Assembly (NCBI GenBank): GCA_963798845.1
Contig: CAWCUS010000002.1
Span: forward strand, 576,001 to 640,000
Direction: 5' to 3'
Length of the DNA stretch: 64,000 nucleotides
Source: an uncultured Gemmatimonadales bacterium
Lineage (GTDB): Bacteria > Gemmatimonadota > Gemmatimonadetes > Longimicrobiales > RSA9
The position numbers and the translations under genes are program-made. The notes below the pieces were generated by a model. It was not told where the DNA came from. It searched no databases and was given only the letters and a program-made list of their open reading frames with translations. Positions 29,269 to 39,565 of the stretch are shown piece after piece. The stretch's first letter is position 1, and the number at the start of each line of letters is the position of its first letter.

Positions 29269-30798
29269 TCATCGATCGTCGATCGTCGCCGCCGTCTCGT
29301 CCCGATCCTCCACGCGCAGCGTCAGCGCCGCGGCGAGCACCAGGGACGCACCGCCCACCAGCAGGGCGTAGATCGCCTCGCCGTGGAAGAACTTCCCCAC
29401 GATGAAGCCGAGCGCGGCAGCCGCCACGATCTGCGGGATCACGATGAAGTAGTTGAACACGCCCATGTAGTAGCCCATCTTCGACGGCGGCAGCGACCCC
29501 GTCAGGATGGCGTACGGCATGGCCAGGATGCTGGCCCAGGCGATGCCGATGCCCACCATGGAGCCCAACAGCAGCCGCGGGTCCTGGATGACGAAGATCG
29601 ATCCGAACCCCACCGCGCCGATCACCAGGCAGATGGCGTGCGTCATCCTGCGGCTCGTCCAGCGCGCGAGCACGGGCAGCCCGAACGCAACCAGGGCCGC
29701 CACGCCGTTGTAGACGCCGAAGCCGACACCCACCCAGTTCGCCCCCTCGTTGTACAGCGCCGAGGTCGTGTCGGCGGTGTGGTAGATGTTCGCCGTCACG
29801 CCCGGTGTCGTGTAGATCCACATGGCGAACAGCGCGAACCAGGAGAAGAACTGCACCCAGGCCAGCTGTTTCATGGTCCGGGGCATGTCCTGGAAGTCGT
29901 TCAGGATGGTGATGAAGGCGTTGTCGTATCGGCCCCCGCGCTGCATCAACCCGCCCGCGATGAGCAACAGCCCCACGACGCCTATGCCTGCCGACAGGAT
30001 CATGACCTGGCCGGCCTGCTCCCGGCTGAGCCAGTAGCTGAACGCCACACCCACGGCCACGCAGGCCAGACCGACCGTGACCTGCCGGGCGCCGTTCGCT
30101 GCGTATTCCTGCGACGTTCGGCGATCCCTGAGGACGCCCTCCCGCGCCCGGTTCTCCTCGAACGACGCCATCTGCTCCGGCGAGTATTCCCGCGACCGGA
30201 CCACCGTCCACAGAACCGCGGCGAAGAACACCACGGCGCCAATGTAGAAGGACAGCCGCACCGACTCTGGGATCATGTGCATCGGCGCTTCGTTGCTCAC
30301 GCCGAGATAGCGCGTGAGCAGATACGGCAGCACGGAGGCCACGACCGCGCCGATTCCGATGAAGAAGCTCTGCATGGCGAACCCGATGGTTCGCTGCGTC
30401 GACGGCAGGTTGTCGCCCACGAATGCGCGGAACGGCTCCATCGAGATGTTGATGGAAGCGTCCATGATCCACAGCATGCCCGCCGCCACCCACAGAACGG
30501 GCGAGTTGGGCATGGCCACCAGCGCCAGCGAGGCCAGGATGGCGCCACCCAGGAAGTAGGGACGCCGCCGGCCCAACCGATTCCAGGTGCGGTCGCTGAA
30601 GTAGCCGACGATGGGCTGCACCACCAGCCCCGTCACCGGGGCCGCGATCCACAGGATCGGGATGTTCTCGACCCGGGCACCCAGCGTCTCGAAGATGCGG
30701 CTCACGTTCGCGTTCTGGAGAGCGAAGCCGAACTGGATGCCCAGGAAGCCGAAGCTCATGTTCCAGACCTCCCAGAACGACAAGCGCGGCTTCTGCAT
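29269..30798 (-). CDS. MFS maltose/maltooligosaccharide permease (MalT/SLC45-like)
   Basis: MQKPRLSFWEVWNMSFGFLGIQFGF, QPIVGYFSDRTW..LGRRRPYF, MEPFRAFVGD, YMGVFNYFIVIPQI; AAGGAG RBS. Confidence 0.93.
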   Translation of the reverse strand: MQKPRLSFWEVWNMSFGFLGIQFGFALQNANVSRIFETLGARVENIPILWIAAPVTGLVVQPIVGYFSDRTWNRLGRRRPYFLGGAILASLALVAMPNSPVLWVAAGMLWIMDASINISMEPFRAFVGDNLPSTQRTIGFAMQSFFIGIGAVVASVLPYLLTRYLGVSNEAPMHMIPESVRLSFYIGAVVFFAAVLWTVVRSREYSPEQMASFEENRAREGVLRDRRTSQEYAANGARQVTVGLACVAVGVAFSYWLSREQAGQVMILSAGIGVVGLLLIAGGLMQRGGRYDNAFITILNDFQDMPRTMKQLAWVQFFSWFALFAMWIYTTPGVTANIYHTADTTSALYNEGANWVGVGFGVYNGVAALVAFGLPVLARWTSRRMTHAICLVIGAVGFGSIFVIQDPRLLLGSMVGIGIAWASILAMPYAILTGSLPPSKMGYYMGVFNYFIVIPQIVAAAALGFIVGKFFHGEAIYALLVGGASLVLAAALTLRVEDRDETAATIDDR

Positions 30799-31034
30799 GG
30801 CGGGTTCTCCTTGACGGAAATCGGATGGGGTCCGCCTGCCCAACGGGGAACCCCGGGCAATTTGCACGGTTCGCCCCGAAACCGCGAGGCTCGCGGGCCA
30901 GTGATCGGAGCGCAATGCTCCCCCGGGGGCCGTTCGCGCCATCCGGGCTGGCGCGTGGAGGCGACGGCGGCATATGCTGGTCTTGCTCTCGCTCGCGTGC
31001 GTGTTGCCAGACCCAGACGAACAGGAAGAGAAGC

Positions 31035-33080
31035 ATGCAGCGTTCGACCCGACGGTGGACCCAATGTCTCGTGGTCGTGGCCGCGGGTGCGGGGCTCCTC
31101 CCCGTACGCGCATCCGCGCAGGCCTCCGTCCCGCTCGCATCGCCGGACGGCCGCAACCAGGTGACCGTCCAGGTCCACGACGGCAAGCTCTCCTACAGCG
31201 TCCAGCGCGACGGCCGCAACATCATGATGCCGTCGCGCCTCGGGCTCGAGTTCCGCACGGTCCTGCCGTTGCGCGACAGCCTGGAGATCGTGGGCGTGAA
31301 GCGGGACAGCCTGGACGAGACGTGGACGCAGCCCTGGGGGCAGGTGGCGAACGTTCGCAACCACTACAACGAAGCCCGCGTCACGGTACGGGAAACCGCC
31401 TCGCCCGGGCGCCACTTCAATGTCGTGTTCCGCGCTTTCGACAATGGCGTCGCTTTCCGCTACGACGTCCCGGCCCAGCCCGGCTTCGGTCCGTACGAGA
31501 TGATGGACGAGCTCACGGAGTTCGCCTTCGCTCTCGACGGCCACGCCTGGTGGATCCCCGCCGGGCTGTGGAACCGCTACGAGTTCCTCTACTCCGAGTC
31601 GCCCGTCAGCCGACTGCCCCTGGTCCACACGCCCCTCACGGTCGAGATGCAGAACGGGGTCTACGTGGTGATTCATGAGGCCGACCTGGAGGACTATGCG
31701 GCGATGAATCTCCAGGGCACCAACACCCGCACGCTCACCGCGTCGCTGGCACCGTGGGCGGACAGCGTGAAAGTGCGGGGGGACGCGCCGCTGGTGAGTC
31801 CGTGGCGGACGATCGAGATGGCGGACCGGGTCGAGGACCTGGAGCCCTCGGTGATGGCGCTCAACCTGAACCCGCCCAGCAGGATCGACGACACCAGCTG
31901 GATCGAGCCGATGAAGTACATCGGGATCTGGTGGGGGATGCACATCAACGTCAACACGTGGAGCGAGGGGCCCAAGCACGGCGCGACCACCGCCAACATG
32001 GAGCGCTACATCGACTTCGCGGCGAAGAACGGTTTCGGCGGCGTGCTCGCGGAGGGGTGGAACAGGGGGTGGAACGGCGACTGGATCGCCAACGCGGACA
32101 GCTTCTCGTTCACGCAGCCCTATCCGGACTACGACCTGAAGGGGATCGCGAAGTACGCGCGGCAGAAGGGCGTTGCGGTGATCGCCCACAACGAGACGTC
32201 CATGGGCATCGAGAACTACGAGCGTCAGCTCGAGGATGCCTACACGCTGTACGAGTCGCTGGGCATCCACGCCATCAAGACCGGCTACGTCGGGGACCTC
32301 ACGAAGGAGGGGAACGCCCACCATGGGCAGTACATGGTGCGGCACTGGAGGAGGGTGGTCGAGGCCGCGGCGCGGCACCACATCATGCTGGACGTTCACG
32401 AGCCGATCAAGGATACGGGCGAGCGCCGGACCTGGCCCAACATGATGACCCGGGAGGGCGCCCGCGGTCAGGAGTACAACGCGTGGGGCGGAGAGGGCGG
32501 CAACCCGCCGGAGCACGAGACGATCCTCTTCTTCACCCGCATGCACGCCGGGCCGATGGACTACACCCCGGGCATCTTCGACATACTGATCCAGTCGGCG
32601 AACGGCACGCCCCGCAAGCCGGAGGAATCCCGGGTCCGGACCACGTTGGCGAAGCAGCTCGCCGACTACGTCGTCCTGTTCTCGCCGCTCCAGATGGCCG
32701 CGGACCTGCCCAAGAACTACGAAGGGAATCCCGCATTCCAGTTCATCAAGGACGTGCCCGTGAACTGGGAGCGGACCAGGGTCCTCAAGGGGAAGATCGG
32801 CGACTACGTCGTCGTCGCACGACAGGAACGGGGCGGGCCCGACTGGTACCTGGGCGCGGTCACCGATGAGGACGCGCGCGCGTTCGAGATCCCGCTCGAC
32901 TTCCTGGATCCAGGGAGGCAGTACGTGGCCGAGATCTATGCCGACGGCCCCGACGCCGACTGGCTGAGCAACCCGCTGCCGGTGAGCATCACCCGCCACG
33001 ACGTCGGCGCCACCACCCGCCTGACGCTGAAGCTCGCGCCCGGCGGCGGCACCGCCATCCGCTTCAGAGCCCGGAGATAG
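31035..33080 (+). CDS. susB: GH97 alpha-glucosidase (SusB-like)
   Basis: LASPDG, IHEADL, KYIGIWWGMH, YIDFAA, EGWNRGW, HEPIKDTG.RRTWPN..TREGARGQE, GPMDYTPG, QMAAD. Confidence 0.95.
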   Translation: MQRSTRRWTQCLVVVAAGAGLLPVRASAQASVPLASPDGRNQVTVQVHDGKLSYSVQRDGRNIMMPSRLGLEFRTVLPLRDSLEIVGVKRDSLDETWTQPWGQVANVRNHYNEARVTVRETASPGRHFNVVFRAFDNGVAFRYDVPAQPGFGPYEMMDELTEFAFALDGHAWWIPAGLWNRYEFLYSESPVSRLPLVHTPLTVEMQNGVYVVIHEADLEDYAAMNLQGTNTRTLTASLAPWADSVKVRGDAPLVSPWRTIEMADRVEDLEPSVMALNLNPPSRIDDTSWIEPMKYIGIWWGMHINVNTWSEGPKHGATTANMERYIDFAAKNGFGGVLAEGWNRGWNGDWIANADSFSFTQPYPDYDLKGIAKYARQKGVAVIAHNETSMGIENYERQLEDAYTLYESLGIHAIKTGYVGDLTKEGNAHHGQYMVRHWRRVVEAAARHHIMLDVHEPIKDTGERRTWPNMMTREGARGQEYNAWGGEGGNPPEHETILFFTRMHAGPMDYTPGIFDILIQSANGTPRKPEESRVRTTLAKQLADYVVLFSPLQMAADLPKNYEGNPAFQFIKDVPVNWERTRVLKGKIGDYVVVARQERGGPDWYLGAVTDEDARAFEIPLDFLDPGRQYVAEIYADGPDADWLSNPLPVSITRHDVGATTRLTLKLAPGGGTAIRFRARR

Positions 33081-33264
33081 CTTTCCGCGGCTTCGCGTAT
33101 TCCGAGGTTCTCCGCTCCCTCCGCCGGCTCGCCGCCCGGTTGCCACGGGTTCCCCGCGCCGTCATCTTCCGGCGCGAGCACGGCCGACCGAAGCCCCCGG
33201 CCACGGTCGCGGCGGCGTCCGATGACGGGCGCGGCCATGTGCACCACTGGGGGAGGTCTGCTCG

Positions 33265-34446
33265 ATGAGCACGGGGGAGCTGGGCATCAACAGCAAGCTG
33301 GTCCACGGGACGTATCATCCGGACGCCACGGGCGCGGTGAATGTCCCGATCTATCAGAGCTCCACGTTCGCGTTCCGGAACGCGGTCCACGGGGCCGCGC
33401 TGTTCGCGGGTGAGGACGAGGGGTTCATCTACACGCGCCTCGGAAACCCCACCATCAGGGCGCTGGAAGAGGGTGTGGCGGAGCTGGAAGGTGGGGCCGG
33501 CGGGATCGCCACGGCCTCCGGCATGGCGGCCGTGAGCACGCTCTACATGGCGCTGCTGGGCCAGGGCGCGCACCTGGTGAGCACCGCCTCGGTGTATGGG
33601 CCGAGCCGCGTGGTGATCGACAAGCACTTCTCCCGCTTCGGCGTCTCCGGCTCGTTCGTGGACACGTCCGACCTGGACAACCTGCGCGCCGCAGTCCGCC
33701 CGGAGACACGCCTGGTGTACGTGGAGTCGCCGTCCAACCCTGCGATGCACGTGACGGACATCGCGGGGGCGGCGGAGATCGCCCACGCGGCCGGCGCCCT
33801 GCTCGCGGTCGACAATACGTTCGCCAGCCCGTACCTCCAGAACCCGATCGCGCTCGGCGCCGATATCGTGCTCCACTCCGTGACCAAGTTCATCAACGGT
33901 CACGCGGACGTGGTGGGCGGGATTCTGGTGGCGAGGGAGAAGGACGTCGTGGCGAAGCTCCGGGACGTCATGGTGAACCTGGGCGGGAACATGGACCCGC
34001 ATCAGGCGTTCCTCGTCCTGCGCGGGCTGAAGACGCTGGGGATCCGCATGGAGCGCGCGCAGCAGGGCGCCATGGAGATCGCCTGCTGGCTCGAATCCCA
34101 CCCGAAGGTGGCGTGGGTCCGCTACATCGGGCTCCCCTCGCACCCCCAGCACGATCTCGCGAAGCGGCAGATGCGCGGATCCGGCTCGATGATCGCGTTC
34201 GAGGTGAAGGGGGGGCTGAAGGCCGGCCGGAAGCTCATGGACAGCGTGAAGCTGGCGACGCTGGCCGTCTCGCTCGGGGGCGTGGAGACGCTCATCGAGC
34301 ACCCCGCGTCCATGACCCACGCCTCCATGTCCCCGGAGGCGCGCGCGGCGGCCGGCTTCACGGACGGGCTGGTCCGCTACGCCGTCGGGATCGAGGACGC
34401 CCGGGACCTCATCGAGGACCTGGAGCAGGCGCTGGCGGAAGTGTAG
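33265..34446 (+). CDS. Cys/Met metabolism PLP enzyme, methionine gamma-lyase-like
   Basis: PIYQSSTF, IYTRLGNPT, ASGMAA, VDNTF, HSVTKFINGH (PLP Lys), LAVSLGGVETLIEHPASMTH. Confidence 0.92.
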   Translation: MSTGELGINSKLVHGTYHPDATGAVNVPIYQSSTFAFRNAVHGAALFAGEDEGFIYTRLGNPTIRALEEGVAELEGGAGGIATASGMAAVSTLYMALLGQGAHLVSTASVYGPSRVVIDKHFSRFGVSGSFVDTSDLDNLRAAVRPETRLVYVESPSNPAMHVTDIAGAAEIAHAAGALLAVDNTFASPYLQNPIALGADIVLHSVTKFINGHADVVGGILVAREKDVVAKLRDVMVNLGGNMDPHQAFLVLRGLKTLGIRMERAQQGAMEIACWLESHPKVAWVRYIGLPSHPQHDLAKRQMRGSGSMIAFEVKGGLKAGRKLMDSVKLATLAVSLGGVETLIEHPASMTHASMSPEARAAAGFTDGLVRYAVGIEDARDLIEDLEQALAEV

Positions 34447-34504
34447 GCGACCCGTACCGTGGCACCCTCCTTGCCCATTCTGCGCCGGAAAGGAGGGGGT
34501 TCCC

Positions 34505-34687
34505 ATGGCTACAGCGCTCTACATCGTCGGTTTCATCGTCCTCATCGGCGGCCTCGCCTGGGCCGCTGCCATGGTGGGCGTGCCGAACATATGGATCACC
34601 ATCGGCGTCATCGTCGTGGCCGGGCTGGCCATCATCGGCATCGCCGGCAGCATGCGCCGATCGCCGCCTTCAGAGCGGCTTCCGTGA
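34505..34687 (+). CDS. Small two-TM membrane protein (60 aa)
   Basis: AAGGAGG RBS; ALYIVGFIVLIGGLAWAA...VP..WI pattern. Confidence 0.8.
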   Translation: MATALYIVGFIVLIGGLAWAAAMVGVPNIWITIGVIVVAGLAIIGIAGSMRRSPPSERLP

Positions 34688-34844
34688 CCTGACGCCGGCG
34701 CTCGGGCGGCTCCCGCGCGAGGGTGCGGGCGGCCGCCCGGTGCACTCGCAAGCCGACGAAGGTCATCGGCCTTCCCGCGCTCGCCTTCGCTGTCGCGCCG
34801 TGCGTCCCTAGATTGATCGGCTACCCGAACCTCAGGAGGCGCCC

Positions 34845-35336
34845 ATGGGCGAGCCCGTGATCCCGCTGGACGAGTTCGACCGGGAGATGGAGGCCACCCG
34901 CAGGCTGATCGAGCGGGTGCCCACGGAGAAAGGCGAGTGGAAGCCGCACGAGCGGTCCTTCCCCCTTGGCCACCTGGCCCAGCTGACGACGTGGCTCGCG
35001 GCGTGGGTCGGCCTCACGCTCCGGGACACCGATTTCGATTTCGCGGAGCACGACTTCCGATACACGTTCGAGCCGACGGACAAGCTGCTCGCGATGCTGG
35101 ACGAGGGGGCGAGCTCGAGCCGCGAGGCGCTGCAGGAGGTCACCGGCCACGATCCGCTCGACGCCACCTGGACGCTTCGCTCCGGCGACGTGGTGCTCTA
35201 CAGCGCGAGCAGGCGCACGGCCGCGCGCATGCACCTGAGCCACCTGATCCACCACCGGGCGCAGCTGACCGTCTACCTTCGTCTGCTGGGCATCCCCGTC
35301 CCCGCCATCTACGGGCCGTCGGCGGACGAACGCTGA
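34845..35336 (+). CDS. DinB family protein
   Basis: WKPHERSFPLGHLAQL, HLIHHRAQLTVYLRLLGIPVPAIYGPSADE. Confidence 0.92.
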   Translation: MGEPVIPLDEFDREMEATRRLIERVPTEKGEWKPHERSFPLGHLAQLTTWLAAWVGLTLRDTDFDFAEHDFRYTFEPTDKLLAMLDEGASSSREALQEVTGHDPLDATWTLRSGDVVLYSASRRTAARMHLSHLIHHRAQLTVYLRLLGIPVPAIYGPSADER

Positions 35337-35452
35337 TCGGCGCGAAGGCGGTGGCGCCGCGGTGCGTACGGGCAGCGTCGACCCCGGCGGCCGGGAGGCG
35401 GGCGCGACCGGGCGCCGACGGTGTCGCCGGATTCCAACTGGGAGGCGTCGTG

Positions 35453-37036
35453 ATGCGAGCGATGGCAGCGGGTGCGCTGGGAATGCTGGCCTGGAGCGCG
35501 GCGTCGCTCTCGGCGCAGGGGGAGGAGCGGGCGGCGTTCGTCATGCAGCTGGGGCGGGACACGTTCGCGGTGGAGAACCTGTCGCGCAGCGCCGGTCGGC
35601 TGGAAACGGAGCTCACCGGGCGCGCGTTGGGTCGCCTGGTGATCCGGGCGGACGAGGGGCCCGGGGCCACGATCCGGGCGCTCACACTGACGGCCTGGCG
35701 GCCGGGCACGCCGCCGGACTCCTCACCCGGCAATCAGGCGAGGATCGTCATGACCGGCGACACGGCCGTGGTCACGTTCTCCATTCCCGCGGGCACGCCC
35801 GCGCAGCGGGTGTCGACGCGTGCGGACGCCGTGCCGTACCTGAACCCGTCGTTCGCCATGATCGAGGAGGTGCTCCGCCACGCGCGGGCCATGGGCGGCG
35901 ACACCGTGGCCGTCCCGCTCTTCTTCATCCAGGGCGGACAGACCGCCCCCGCCACCGTTGCCTGGGGGCCGAACGACTCGGTGGCCGTGACGCTCGGGGG
36001 CACTGCGATCCGCCTCCGCTTCTCCCCCGACGGCCGCATCCTGTCGGGCAGCGTGCCATCGCAGAACCTCACGATCGAACGGGTGGAGGGGGCGCACCTG
36101 GCGCCGATCACAATGGTGCCGCCCGACTACTCCGCGCCCGGGGGGGCGCCGTACACGGCGGACAATGTGCGCGTGCCCACGCCCGCGGGGTTCGAGCTGG
36201 GCGGCACGCTCACGCGTCCCGAGGGGAAGGGTCCGTTCCCGGCGGTGGTGCTCATCACCGGCTCGGGATCGCAGGACCGGGACGAGGCGATCCCGACGAT
36301 CGCCGGCTACCGACCGTTTCGCGACATCGCCGACACACTCTCCCGTCGGGGGATCGCGGTGCTCCGGCTCGACGACCGCGGCTATGGCGCGTCCGGAGGC
36401 GATGCGACCAGCGCCACCAGCGCCGACTTCGCCCAGGACATCCATGCGGCGCTCGGCTGGCTGGGCGCGCAGACGGGGATCGACCCGGACCGGCTCGGGC
36501 TGGTTGGCCACAGCGAGGGCGGGCTGATCGCGCCCATGGTCGCGGCGAGCGATACGGAGATCGCGGCCATTGCGCTGATCGCAGGGCCGGCGCAGACGGG
36601 GCGGGAGATCATCCGCTATCAGCAGCGCTGGGCTGTCGAGCACGATCCTGCCATCCCGCCGGCAGCCCGCGACTCGGCCATGTCGTCGGCAGCGCGGCAG
36701 CTGGAGGAGGTCGCGGCGAGGCAGCCATGGCTCGCCTTCTTCCTGGACTACGACCCGCTCCGCACCGCCCGCGAGGTGAAAGAAACCCCCGTGCTCATCC
36801 TGCAGGGAGGGACCGACCGCCAGATCACGCCGGAGCAGGCGGACGCCCTGGCCACGGCTTTCCGGGCGGGCGGCAACCCGGATGTGACGGTGAGACATTT
36901 CCCGGACCTCGACCACCTCATGCTGCCGGATCCCAGCGGCGACCCCGCCGGCTACGCGTTGCTGCCGAGCCGCCGCCCGAGCCCCGAGCTGCTCGGTGCG
37001 CTCGCCGACTGGCTGGTGGCGCGCCTGGAGCACTAG
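35453..37036 (+). CDS. Secreted alpha/beta-hydrolase (S9/S33-like)
   Basis: Signal peptide; LGGTLTRP, ITGSGSQDRD, LRLDDRG, GHSEG nucleophile, QGGTD, LDH. Confidence 0.9.
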   Translation: MRAMAAGALGMLAWSAASLSAQGEERAAFVMQLGRDTFAVENLSRSAGRLETELTGRALGRLVIRADEGPGATIRALTLTAWRPGTPPDSSPGNQARIVMTGDTAVVTFSIPAGTPAQRVSTRADAVPYLNPSFAMIEEVLRHARAMGGDTVAVPLFFIQGGQTAPATVAWGPNDSVAVTLGGTAIRLRFSPDGRILSGSVPSQNLTIERVEGAHLAPITMVPPDYSAPGGAPYTADNVRVPTPAGFELGGTLTRPEGKGPFPAVVLITGSGSQDRDEAIPTIAGYRPFRDIADTLSRRGIAVLRLDDRGYGASGGDATSATSADFAQDIHAALGWLGAQTGIDPDRLGLVGHSEGGLIAPMVAASDTEIAAIALIAGPAQTGREIIRYQQRWAVEHDPAIPPAARDSAMSSAARQLEEVAARQPWLAFFLDYDPLRTAREVKETPVLILQGGTDRQITPEQADALATAFRAGGNPDVTVRHFPDLDHLMLPDPSGDPAGYALLPSRRPSPELLGALADWLVARLEH

Positions 37037-37106
37037 TAATCCGCGCGTTCCGGGCACGTTCCCTGGCCGGGTCGGCGGGTCGCCGCGCCCGGGCCCGGAA
37101 TGATCG

Positions 37107-37142
37107 GAGCCCCCGGTCGCCAGCTCCGGCGGCCGGGGGCTC
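37107..37142. terminator. Hairpin terminator between convergent genes
   Basis: gagcccccggtcgcc / ggcggccgggggctc 15-bp stem with one G-U pair. Confidence 0.7.
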
Positions 37143-37187
37143 TCGTGGTTTCGGTGGTCACGCAGCGCGGAGCCGCGCTCGCCCCCG

Positions 37188-39386
37188 TCAGTTCGTCTGG
37201 TCGGCGGCCGTGGTCTGAAGACCGCGGGCCTCGAGCAGCGGCTCGATGCTCGGATCGCGGCCGCGGAAGGCGCGGTACATGGGGCCCGCCTCCTCGGTCC
37301 CGCCCCTGGACAGGATCATGTCGCGGTAACGCTGCCCGTTCTCACGGGTGAGGCCGCCGTTCTCCTTGAACCAGGCGAACGCGTCGTGGTCCAGAACCTC
37401 GCTCCAGATGTAGGCGTAGTACCCGGCCGCGTAGCCGCCCTCCCAGATGTGGGCGAAGTACGTGGTCCGGTAGCGCGGCGGGACCTGCGGCACGTCGAAG
37501 CCCGCATCCTCCAGCGCCTTGGCTTCGAACGCGTCCACATCCTGCTGCGGTGTGTTCGCGGGGAGCGTGTGCCACGCCATGTCCAGCAGGGCCGCCTCCA
37601 GGTATTCCGTGGTGGCGAAGCCCTGATTGAACGTGCCGGCCTTCCTGATCTTGTCCAGGATCGCCTGTGGCATCGGTTCGCCCGTCTGGTAATGGCGCGC
37701 GTAGTGGGCGAAGACCTCCGGCTCCATCGCCCAGTTTTCGTTGAACTGGGACGGGAACTCCACGAAGTCGCGAGGGACGTTGGTCCCCGAGAGCGTGGGA
37801 TAGGTCACGTCCGAGAACATGCCGTGGAGCGCGTGGCCGAACTCGTGGAACATGGTGGTCACGTCGTCGTAGCTCAGAAGCGCGGGCTGGCCCGGCGCAG
37901 GCTTGGCGAAATTCGCCACGTTGAACACCGCCGGCCGGGTGCCCAGCAGCTTCGACTGCCCCACGAATGCGTCCATCCACGCCCCGCCGCTCTTGTTGTC
38001 GCGCTTGAAGTAGTCGCAGTAGAAGAGCGCCAGCGGTGAGCCGTCCGCGTTGAACACCTCGAAGACCCGCACGTCTGGAGCGTAAACCGGGATGTCGTGG
38101 CGCTCCCTGAACGTGATGCCATAGAGCTTGTTGGCGGCGTAGAAGACGCCGTCCTCGAGCACGCGGTTCAGCTCGAAGTACGGCTTGATCTGTGACTCGT
38201 CCAGGTCGTACTTCGCCTTCCGCACCTGCTCGGAGTAGTACTGCCAGTCCCACGGCTGGAGCTCGAAGCCGCCGCCCTGCCGGTCGATCAGCGCCTGCAT
38301 GTCGGCGGCTTCCCGCTTCGCCTTGGCGGTGGCCGCTGGCACCAGCCGCTCCATCAGGCCAATGGCCGCGTCCGGGGTCTTCGCCATCTGGGAGTCGAGG
38401 ACGTAGGCCGCGTAGTCGGCATACCCGAGCAGCCTGGCTCGCTCGGCCCGCTCCTGCGCCAGCCGCTGCACGAGCGACCGGGTGTCGTTCGCGTCTCCCT
38501 GCTCCGTCCGTCGTGTCGACGCCTCGAACAGCCGCTGGCGCACCGAACGATCCTGCAGCGACGCCTGCGCCGGCTGCTGCGTCGTGTTCTGGAGCGGCAG
38601 CACCCACGCGCCGTCCAGGCCGCGCTGCTCGGCCGCGCTGGCCGCGGCGGCGATCTCGGCATCGCTCAAGCCGTCGAGCTGCGCGCGGTCGCGCACCACC
38701 AGGGCCCCGTTCTTCGTGCCGGCGAGGAGGCGGTTCTGGAACTCCGTGGACAGTTTCGACTCTTCCTGGTTCAACGCCCTCAGCGTGTCCTTCTGCGCTT
38801 CGGAGAGCTGTGCGCCGGACCGAACGAAGTCCTTGTAGTACTGGTCCACCAGGCGCCCCTGTTCGGCGTCGAGGCCGAGGGACTCGCGCTGGTCATGGAG
38901 CGTCCGGATGCGGTCGAACAGCTTGCCGTTCAGGTAGATGGCGTCTCTGTGCGCGGCCAGCCTGGGCGCCTCCTCCGTCATCACCGCCTGGAGCGTGTCA
39001 TCGGTGTTGGCTGACGTGATGGAGTAGAAGACCCGCTGGACCCGGTCGAGCAGCGCACCCGATCGTTCCAGCGCCACAATGGTGTTGTCGAACGTGGGCC
39101 CCGCGGTCTGGTTCGCGACGGCCTCCACCTCCGTCAGGTGGCGAGCCATCCCCTCCTCGAGCGCCGGCCTGTAGTCGGCGTCGCGGATGAGGTCGAACCG
39201 CGGCGCCTGGAAGGGCAGCGGGCTCGGCTCGAAGAACGGGTTCTCCCGCGTCGACTGCGAGGCCGGCGCGGCAGCCGGAGCCGCGGCGCTCGGGCCCGCA
39301 GGCGGTGGCGAGGCAGGGGGCGCAGCGGGGGCACAGGCGCCCACCAGCAGCGCAAACGGGATCAGCAGCGATCGTATTCGCGACAT
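37188..39386 (-). CDS. dcp: M3 family peptidyl-dipeptidase Dcp (lipoprotein)
   Basis: Lipobox LVGAC; KSGGAWM, FHEFGHALH (HExxH), PRDFVEFPSQ, YAAGYYAYIWSEVLD. Confidence 0.94.
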   Translation of the reverse strand: MSRIRSLLIPFALLVGACAPAAPPASPPPAGPSAAAPAAAPASQSTRENPFFEPSPLPFQAPRFDLIRDADYRPALEEGMARHLTEVEAVANQTAGPTFDNTIVALERSGALLDRVQRVFYSITSANTDDTLQAVMTEEAPRLAAHRDAIYLNGKLFDRIRTLHDQRESLGLDAEQGRLVDQYYKDFVRSGAQLSEAQKDTLRALNQEESKLSTEFQNRLLAGTKNGALVVRDRAQLDGLSDAEIAAAASAAEQRGLDGAWVLPLQNTTQQPAQASLQDRSVRQRLFEASTRRTEQGDANDTRSLVQRLAQERAERARLLGYADYAAYVLDSQMAKTPDAAIGLMERLVPAATAKAKREAADMQALIDRQGGGFELQPWDWQYYSEQVRKAKYDLDESQIKPYFELNRVLEDGVFYAANKLYGITFRERHDIPVYAPDVRVFEVFNADGSPLALFYCDYFKRDNKSGGAWMDAFVGQSKLLGTRPAVFNVANFAKPAPGQPALLSYDDVTTMFHEFGHALHGMFSDVTYPTLSGTNVPRDFVEFPSQFNENWAMEPEVFAHYARHYQTGEPMPQAILDKIRKAGTFNQGFATTEYLEAALLDMAWHTLPANTPQQDVDAFEAKALEDAGFDVPQVPPRYRTTYFAHIWEGGYAAGYYAYIWSEVLDHDAFAWFKENGGLTRENGQRYRDMILSRGGTEEAGPMYRAFRGRDPSIEPLLEARGLQTTAADQTN

Positions 39387-39565
39387 GGATGCATCCTCAG
39401 GGTACCGGGCGCGCCGGCGTCGGGCGCGTGCGACTGCGCACCGCGGCCTCGAGCCGCGGCACGGCGGTCGTACTCTACTGCCCCGGTTCGAGTTCCGCAC
39501 TACGGAGGAGCCACCGGGTAGCAAGACCCTGGACGCGCGCACCAGCGTCGGACAGGTTGTCCGGC

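Noticed and set aside
27700..31164. 1154-aa plus-strand ORF and many other long antisense or shadow ORFs (e.g. 9237-11330, 13561-15798, 18919-21477, 30756-33146)
   Set aside because: They lie opposite or out of frame with well-supported genes; stop codons are scarce at this GC content and the translations have no motifs
33081..33264. SAM riboswitch upstream of the Met gamma-lyase-like gene
   Set aside because: No SAM-I core on the sense strand; GGCAACC and AAGATGA fragments occur only antisense and in the wrong order
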